From the human T2T-CHM13v2.0 reference genome, Homo sapiens, in the NCBI RefSeq assembly GCF_009914755.1, contig NC_060925.1: a stretch of DNA of 64,000 bases; one strand, written 5' to 3'. The stretch's first letter is position 1. The number at the start of each line of letters is the position of its first letter. Positions 53,201 through 64,000 of the stretch are shown here, piece by piece. The position numbers were made by a program, and so were the translations under genes. The notes beneath the pieces were generated by a model. It was given only the letters and a program-made list of their open reading frames with translations, was not told where the DNA came from and searched no databases.

Positions 53201-55778
53201 AGAAGCAGATTCTACAAAAGTAGTGTTTCAGGACTGTTCTATCAAAGGAAATGTTCAACTCTGTGAGTTGAATGCACACATCAGAAAGCAGTTTCTGAGA
53301 ATGCTTCTGTCAAGCTTTTATGTGAACATATTTCCTTTTCTGCCATATGCTTGAAATAGCCCCAAATATCCACTTGCATAATCTACAAAAGGACTGTTTC
53401 AAAACAGCTCTCTCAACAGGAAGTTTCAGCTCTGTGAGTTGAATGCACACAACAGAATCAAGTTCCTGAGAATTCTTCTGTCGAGTTTTTCAGTGAAGAT
53501 ATATCCTTTTCCAACACAGGATTCAAATCACTCCAAATATACACATGTAGATTCTACAAGAAGACTGTTTCAAAACTGCTCTCTCAAAAGGAAGTTTCAA
53601 CTCCGTGAGTTGAAAGCATACATCACAAAGAAGTTTCTGAGAATGCTTCTGCCTAGTTTTTATGTGAAGATGTTTCCTTTTCCACCATAGGCCTCAAACT
53701 GCTCCAAATGAACACTTGACGATTTTAGAAAAAGAATGTTTCAAAACTGCTCTTTCTAAAGTAGTGTTTAACTCTCTGAGTTGAATTCACACCTCACAAA
53801 GCAGTTTCTGAGAATGCTTCTCTGTAGTTTTTATTTAAAGATATGTCGTTTCCAACGAAATCCTCAAACAGCTCCAAATATTCACAAGCAGATTCTACAA
53901 AAGTAGTGCTTCAGTACTGCTCTATCAAAAGAAATGTTGAAATCTGGGAGTTGAATGCACAGTTCTCAAACAAGTTCCTGAGAATGCTTCTGTCTATTTT
54001 TTCTGTGAAGATATTTCCTTTTCCAACATAGGCTTCAAATTGCTCCAAATATCCACTCTTGCAGATTCTACAAATAGACTGTTTTAAAACTTCTCTCTCA
54101 AAAGGAAGGTTCAACTCTGTGAGATGAATTCACGCATCAAAAAGCAGTTGTTGAGAATGGTCCTGTCTAGATTTATTTGAAGATATTTAATTTCCAATGA
54201 AATTCTCAAAAAGCTCCAAATATGCACAAACAGACAGTACAAAAGTTGTGTTCCTGTACGGCTCTGTCAAAATAAATTTTCAATTGTGTGTGTTGAATGC
54301 AGACACCACAGAGCAGTGTCTGAGAATGCTTCTCTGTAGTATTTGGTTGAAGATGTCTCCTTTCCAAAGAAATCCTCAAACAGCTCCAAATATCCACAGG
54401 CAGATTCTACAAAAATAGTGTTTCAGTACTGCTCTATCAAAAGAAATGTTCAACACTGTGAGTTGAATGCACACATCAAAAACGGTTTCTGATAATGCGT
54501 TTGTCAAGCTTTTATGTGAAGTTATTGCCTTTTCCACCATAGGCTGGATATCGCTCCAAATATCCACTTTCAAATCCTACAAAGAGACTGTTTCAAACAG
54601 CTCTCTCAAGAGGAATGTTCATCTCTGTGAGTCGAATGCACACATCCCAAACAAGTTCCTGAGAATGCTTCTGTCCAGTTTTTCTGTGAAGATATTTCCT
54701 TTTCAAACATAGGCTTCAAATCGCTCCAAATATGCACTTGCGGATTCTGCAAAAAGACTTTTTCAAAACTTCTCTCATAAAAGAAAGGTTCAACTCTGTG
54801 AGTTGAATGCATACATCACAACGAAGTTTCTCAGAATGCTTCTGCCTAGTTTTTATGTGAAGATGTTTCCTTTTCCCCCATAGACCTCTAAGCGTTCCAA
54901 ATGAACACTTGCAGATTCTAGAAAAAGAGTGTTTCAAAACTGCTCTTTCTAAAGAATTGTTCAACTCTCTGAGTTCAATTCACACATCACAAAACAGTTT
55001 CTGAGAATTCTTCTCAGTAGTTTTTATTTAAGATGTCTTCTTTAAAACGAAATCCTCAAACAGCTCCAAATATACACAAGGAGATTCTACCAAAGTACTG
55101 TTTCAGTACGGCTCTATCAAAAGAAATGTTCAACTCTGTGAGTTGAATGCACATATCACAAAGCATTTTCTGAGAATGATTCTACCAAGATTTTATGTGA
55201 AGATATTTCCTTTTCCACCATATAAGTGAAATCACTCCAAATATACACTTGCAGATCCTACAAGGAAACTGTTTCAAAACAACTCTCTCAAGAGGAATGT
55301 TCAGGTCTGAGAGTTGAATGCACACATCCCAAACAAGTTCCTGAGAATGCTTCTGTCTAGTTTTTTTGTGAAGATATTTCCTTTTCCAACACCTGCTTGA
55401 AATCCCTCCAAATATCCACTTGCGGATTCTACAAAAAGACAGTTTCAAAACTGCTCTCTCAAAACGAAGGTTCAACACTGTGAGTAGAATGCATACATCA
55501 CAAAGAAGTTTCTGTGAATGCTTCTGCCTACTTTTTAGGTGAAGATGTTTCCTTTTCCACCATAGGCCTCAAAGCACTCCAAATGAACACTTGCAGATTC
55601 TAAAAACAGAGTGTTTCAAGACTGCTCTTTCTAAAGAAGTGTTCAACTCTCTGAGTTGAATTCACACATCACAAAGCAGTTTCTGAGAATTCTTCTATTT
55701 TTTATTTGAAGGTAATTCGTTTCCTACGAAATCCTCAAACAACTCTAAATATACACAGATCCTACAAAAGTAGTGTTT
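35248..55778 (-). repeat. Divergent alpha satellite (~120 monomers) with X-Y-Z(-W) 3-/4-mer class periodicity; SF5-like divergent HOR
   Basis: Same strand and 171-bp period as the HOR, but no exact long repeat. Four recurring monomer classes: X (TTCCAACATAGGCTTCAAATCG), Y (TCCAAATGAACACTTG...TTTCTAAAGAAG), Z (TCTCGTTTCCAACGAAATCC...GTAGTGTTTCAGTAC) and W (CATACGCCTGAAATCG...CAACAGGAAGG). The SF5 assignment is an inference from the mix of A-type and B-type boxes. Confidence 0.9.
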
Positions 55779-55900
55779 ATTATTTATTTATTTATTTGTT
55801 TATTTATTTAATTTTATTATTTATTTATTTATTTTTTTAAATTATTTTCTTATTTTTATTATTTATTTATTTATTTGTTTGTTTATTTATATATTTATTT
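55779..55900 (-). repeat. L1 poly(A) tail decayed into an imperfect (TAAA)n microsatellite
   Basis: ~120 bp of TTTA/TTTG units directly abutting the L1 3' end (TTATTATTACACTTTAAG). Confidence 0.9.
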
Positions 55901-56104
55901 TTATTATTACACTTTAAGTTTTATGGTACATGTGCACGGTACATGTTACATATGTATACATGTGCCTTGCTGTTGCGCCTCACCCACTATCTCATCATCT
56001 AGCATTAGGTATATCTCCCAATGCTATCCCTTCCCCCTCCCCCCACCCCATAACAGTCCCCAGAGTGTGATGTTCCCCTTCCTGTGTCCATGTGATCTCA
56101 TTGT

Positions 56105-59931
<3,827 letters not shown>

Positions 59932-59994
59932 TATGATGTTAGCTGGTTATTTTGCTCTTTAGTTGCTGCAGTTTCTTCCTAGTCTTGATGGTCT

Positions 59995-61011
59995 TTACAT
60001 TTTGGCATGATTTTGCAGCGGCTGGTACTGGTTGTTCCTTTCCATACTTAGCACTTCCTTCAGGAGCTGTTTTAGGGCAGGCCTGGTGGTGACAAAATCT
60101 CTCAACATTTGCTTCTCTGTAAAGTATTTTATTTCTCCTTCACTTATGAAGGTTAGTTTGGCTGGATATGAAATTCTGGGTTGCAAATTCTTTCCTTTAA
60201 TAATGTTGAATATTGGTCCCCACTCTCTTCTGGCTTGTAGGGTTTCTGCCGAGAGATCCGCTGTTAGTCTGATGAACTTCCCTTTGAGGGTAACCCGACC
60301 TTTCTCTCTGGCTGCCCTTAACTTTTTTTCCTTCATTTAAACTTTGGTGAATCTGACAATTATGTGTCTTGGAGTTGCTCTTCTCGAGGAGTATCTTTGT
60401 GGCGTTCTCTGTATTTCCTGAATCTGTACATTGGCCTGCCTTGCTAGATTGGGGAAGTTCTCCTGGATAATATCCTGCAGAGTGTTTTCCAACTTGGTTC
60501 CATTCTCCCCATCACTTTCAGGTACACCAATCAGACGTAGATTTGGTCTTTTCACATAGTCCCATATTTCTTGGAGGCTCTGTTCGTTTCTTTTTATTCT
60601 TTTTTCTCTAAACTTCCCTTCTCACTTCATTGCATCCATTTCATCTTCCATCACTGATACCCTTTCTTCCAGTTGATTGCATCGGCTCCTGAGGCTTCTG
60701 CATTCTTCACGTGGTTCTCGAGCCTTGATTTTCAGCTCCATCCACTCCTCTAAGCACTTCTCTCTATTCGTTATTCCAGTTATACATTCTTCTAAAATTT
60801 TTTCAAAGTTTTCAACTTCTTTGCCTTTGGTTTGAATGTCCTCCCGTAGCTCAGAGTAATTTGATCGTCTGAAGCCTTCTTCTCTCAGCTTGTCAAAATC
60901 ATTCTCCATCCAGCTTTGTTCCATTGCTGGTGAGGAACTGCATTCCTTTGGAGGAGGAGAGGTGCTCTGCTTTTTAGACTTTCCAGTTTTTCTGTTCTGT
61001 TTTTTCCCCAT
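59995..61011 (-). pseudogene. ORF1: L1 ORF1p (RNA-binding chaperone), two nonsense mutations
   Basis: MGKKQNRKTG...LQNHAKM* spans 1017 nt in one frame, matching the canonical 338 codons plus stop. In-frame stops occur at 60622-60624 (TGA) and 60337-60339 (TAA). Confidence 0.95.
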
Positions 61012-61465
61012 CTTTGTGGTTTTATCTACTTTTGGTCTTTGATGATGGTGATGTACAGATGGGTTTTTGGTGTGGATGTCCTTTCTGTTTGTTAGTTTTC
61101 CTTCTAACAGACAGGACCCTCAGCTGCAGGTCTGTTGGAATACCCTGCCCTGTGAGGTATGGTTGTGCCCCTGCTGGGGGGTTCCTCCCAGTTAGGCTGC
61201 TTGGGGGTCAGGGGTCAGGGACCCACTTGAGGAGGCCGTCTGCCTGTTCTCAGATCTCCAGATGGGTGCTGGGAGAACCACTGCTCTCTTCAAAGCTGTC
61301 AGACAGGGACTTTTAAGTCTGCAGAAGTTACTGCTGTCTTTTTCTTTGTCTGTTTCCTGCCCCCAGATGTGGAGCCTACAGAGGCAGCAGGCCTCCTTGA
61401 GCTGTGTTGGGCTCCACCCAGTTCGAGCTTCCCTGCTGCTTTGTTTACCTAATCAAGCCTGGGCA

Positions 61466-61540
61466 ATGGCAGGCGCCCCTCCCCCAGCCTCGCTGCCACC
61501 TTGCAGTTTAATCTCAGACTGCTGTGCTAGGAATCAGTGA
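61466..61540 (+). pseudogene. ORF0: L1 antisense ORF0, truncated at 24 codons
   Basis: ATG at 61466 gives MAGAPPPASLPPCSLISDCCARNQ*. A TGA stands where ORF0 has Arg (CGA). ORF0-like sequence (GIGPSKTGAGYNLVV...RVGVT) continues in frame after the stop. Confidence 0.85.
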
Positions 61541-61896
61541 GACTCCGTGGGCATAGGACCCTCCAAGACAGGTGCGGGATATAATCTTGTGGTGCACCAT
61601 TTTTTAAGCCCGTCGGAAAAGTGCAGTGTTCGGGTGGGAGTGACCGTATTTTCCAGGTGCTGTCCCTCACCCCTTTCTTTGACTGGGAAAGGGAACTCCC
61701 TGACCCCTTGCATTTCCCAAGTGAGGCAATGCCTCACCCTGCTTCGGCTTACACATGGTGTGCACACCCACTGACCTGTGCCCACTGTCTGGCACTCCTT
61801 AGTGAGATGAACCCGGTACCTCAGAAGGAAATGCAGAAATCGCCCGTCTTCTGCATCTCTCACGCTGGGAGCTGTAGACCCGAGCTGTTCCCATTC

Positions 61897-61906
61897 GGCC
61901 ATCTTG
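61897..61906 (-). promoter_or_regulatory. YY1 binding site of the L1 promoter (intact)
   Basis: CAAGATGGCC on the - strand at about +13 to +22 of the element. Confidence 0.85.
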
Positions 61907-61918
61907 GCTCCTCCCCCC

Positions 61919-64000
61919 AGAGGTTTCGTTTTCTACCATAGGCCTCAAAGCGCTCCAAATGAACACTTGCAGATTCTAGAAAAAGAGTGTTTCAAAACTG
62001 CTATTTCTGAAGAAGTGTTCAACTCCCTGAGTTCAATTCACACATCACAATGCAGTTTCTGAGAACGCCACTGTCTTGTTTGTTTTTGAAGATAATTCAT
62101 TTCCACCGAAATCCACAAACAGCTCCAAATATCAATAAGCAGATTCTACAAAAGTAGTGTTTCAGTACTGCTGTATCAAAAGAAATGTTCAACTCTGTGA
62201 GCTGAATGTACACATCAAACAGCAGTTTCTGAGGATGCTTCTGGCAAGCTTGCATGTGAAGATATTTCCTTTTCCCCCATAGGAATGAAATCGCTCCAAA
62301 TATCCACTTGCAGATCCTACGAAGAGACTGTTTAAAACAGCTCTCTCAACAGGAAAGTTCAGCTCTGTGAGTTGAATGCACACATCTCAAAGAAGTTCCT
62401 GAGAATTCTTCTGTCTAGTTTTTCTGTGAAGATATATGCTTTTCCAACAGAGGATTCAAATCGCTCCAAATATCCACTTGCAGATTCTACAAAAAGACTG
62501 TTTCAAAACTGCTCTCTCAAAAGGAAGGTTCAACTCTGTGAGTAGAAGGCATACATCCAAAAGAAGTTTCTGAGAATGCTTCTGCCTAGTTTTTATGTGA
62601 AGATGTTTCGTTTTCCACTATAGGCCTCAAAGCACTTCAAATGAACACTTACAGATGCTAGAAAAAGAGTGTTTCAAAACTGCTCTTTCTAAAGAAGTGT
62701 TTAATTCTCTTAGTTGAATTCACACATCACAAAGCAGTTTCTGAGAATACTTCTATCTAGTTTTTATTTGAAGATAATTCGTTTACAATGAAATCCCCAA
62801 ACAGCTCCAAATATCCATAAGCAGAGTGTACAAAATTAGTGTTTCAGTACTGCTCTATCAAAAGAAATGTTCAACTCTGTGAGTTTAATGCACACATCTC
62901 AAACAAGTCCCTTAGAATCCTTCCGTCTAGTTTTTCTGTGAAGAAATTTCCTTTTCCAACATACGCTTCAAATCTCTCCAAATATCCACTTGCAGATTCT
63001 ACAAAAAGTCTGTTTCACAACTGCTCTCTGAAAAGGAAGGTTCAACTCTGTGAGTTGAATGCATGCATCACCAAGTAGTTTGTGAGAATGCTTCTGTCTA
63101 GTTTTTATGTGAAGATGTTTCCTTTTCCACCATAGGCCTCAAAACGCTCCAAATGAACAACTGCAAATTCTAGAAAAACAGTGTTCCAAAACTGCTCTTT
63201 CTAAAGAATGTTCAACTCTCTGAGTTGAATTCACACATCACAAAGCAGTTTCTGAGAATGCTTCTGTCATGTTTTTATTTGAAGTTATCTCATTTCCAAT
63301 GAAATCCTCAAAAAGCTACAAATATCCACGTGCAGATTCTACAAAAGTAGTGTTTCAGTTTTGCCCTAACAAAAGAAATGTTCAACCATGTGAGTTGAAG
63401 GCACACATCAAAAACCAGTTTCTGAGAATCCTTCTGTCAAGCATTTATGTGACGATATTTCCTTTTCCACCATAGGACTGAAATCGCTCCAAATATTCAC
63501 TTGCAGATCCTGCAAAGGGACTGTTTAAACAGCTCTCTCAACAGGAAAGTTCAGCTCTGTGAGTTGAATGCACACATCTCAAACTAGTTCCTGAGAATTC
63601 TTCTGTCTAGTTTTTCTGTGAAGATATTTCCTTTTCCAACATCGGCTGGACATCGCTCCAAATATCCAGTTGCAGATTCTACAAAAAGACTGTTTTGAAA
63701 CTGCTCTCTCAAAAGGAAGGTTCAACTCTGTGAGTAGAATGCATACATCACAAAGAAGTTTCAGAGAATGCTTCTGCCTAGTTTATATATGAAGATATTT
63801 CCTTTCCCTCCATAGTCCTCAGAGCGCTCCAAATGAACACTCTCAGATTCTAGAAAAAGAGAATTTCAAAACTGCACTTTCTAAAGAAGTGTTCACCTCT
63901 CTGAGCTGAATTCACACATCACAAAGCAATTTCTGAGAATGCTTCTGTCTAGTTTTTTTGAAGATAATTCGTTTATAATGAAATCCTCAAACACCTCCAA
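61919..64000 (-). repeat. Divergent alpha satellite, continuation of the X-Y-Z(-W) block
   Basis: The class order is Y Z W X Y Z X Y Z W X Y Z, in the same orientation as left of the L1. No intact CENP-B box is present. Confidence 0.93.

Larger units (their letters stand above)
61012..61918 (-). promoter_or_regulatory. L1 5'UTR with internal sense promoter and antisense promoter; CpG-decayed
   Basis: 907 nt between the L1 5' end and the ORF1 ATG, recognisable as L1PA 5'UTR with many CpG to TpG/CpA changes. Promoter activity cannot be seen from sequence. Confidence 0.85.

Noticed and set aside
150-55478. Roughly 200 short 60-106 aa ORFs on both strands, many repeated
   Set aside because: They recur with the satellite period, overlap on both strands, often use non-ATG starts and are freely broken by indels. 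They are translation artefacts of alpha satellite.

Overview
Great-ape (human-like) pericentromeric DNA with no intact gene. The window has four parts. (1) Bases 1-~35,247 hold 23 tandem copies of a ~1,530-bp 9-monomer alpha-satellite higher-order repeat (HOR). Its monomers look like suprachromosomal family 3 (SF3), with two canonical CENP-B box positions per unit on the - strand. A three-copy 3,059-bp 'HOR-of-HORs' is nested inside it. (2) An abrupt in-register junction leads to ~20 kb of diverged alpha satellite. This block still shows a regular 3-/4-monomer class pattern (an SF5-like divergent HOR) with a systematically broken B-box. (3) A full-length but dead L1PA2-like LINE-1 lies on the - strand at 55,779-61,918. 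It has no target-site duplication and the satellite phase jumps across it. (4) The same divergent satellite resumes to the end of the window. ORFs outside the L1 are translation artefacts of the repeat. I found no convincing new protein-coding or defence system; the interesting signal is in satellite architecture, CENP-B box erosion and the L1 junction. Family and locus names come from recall, not a database search, and all counts were read by eye.
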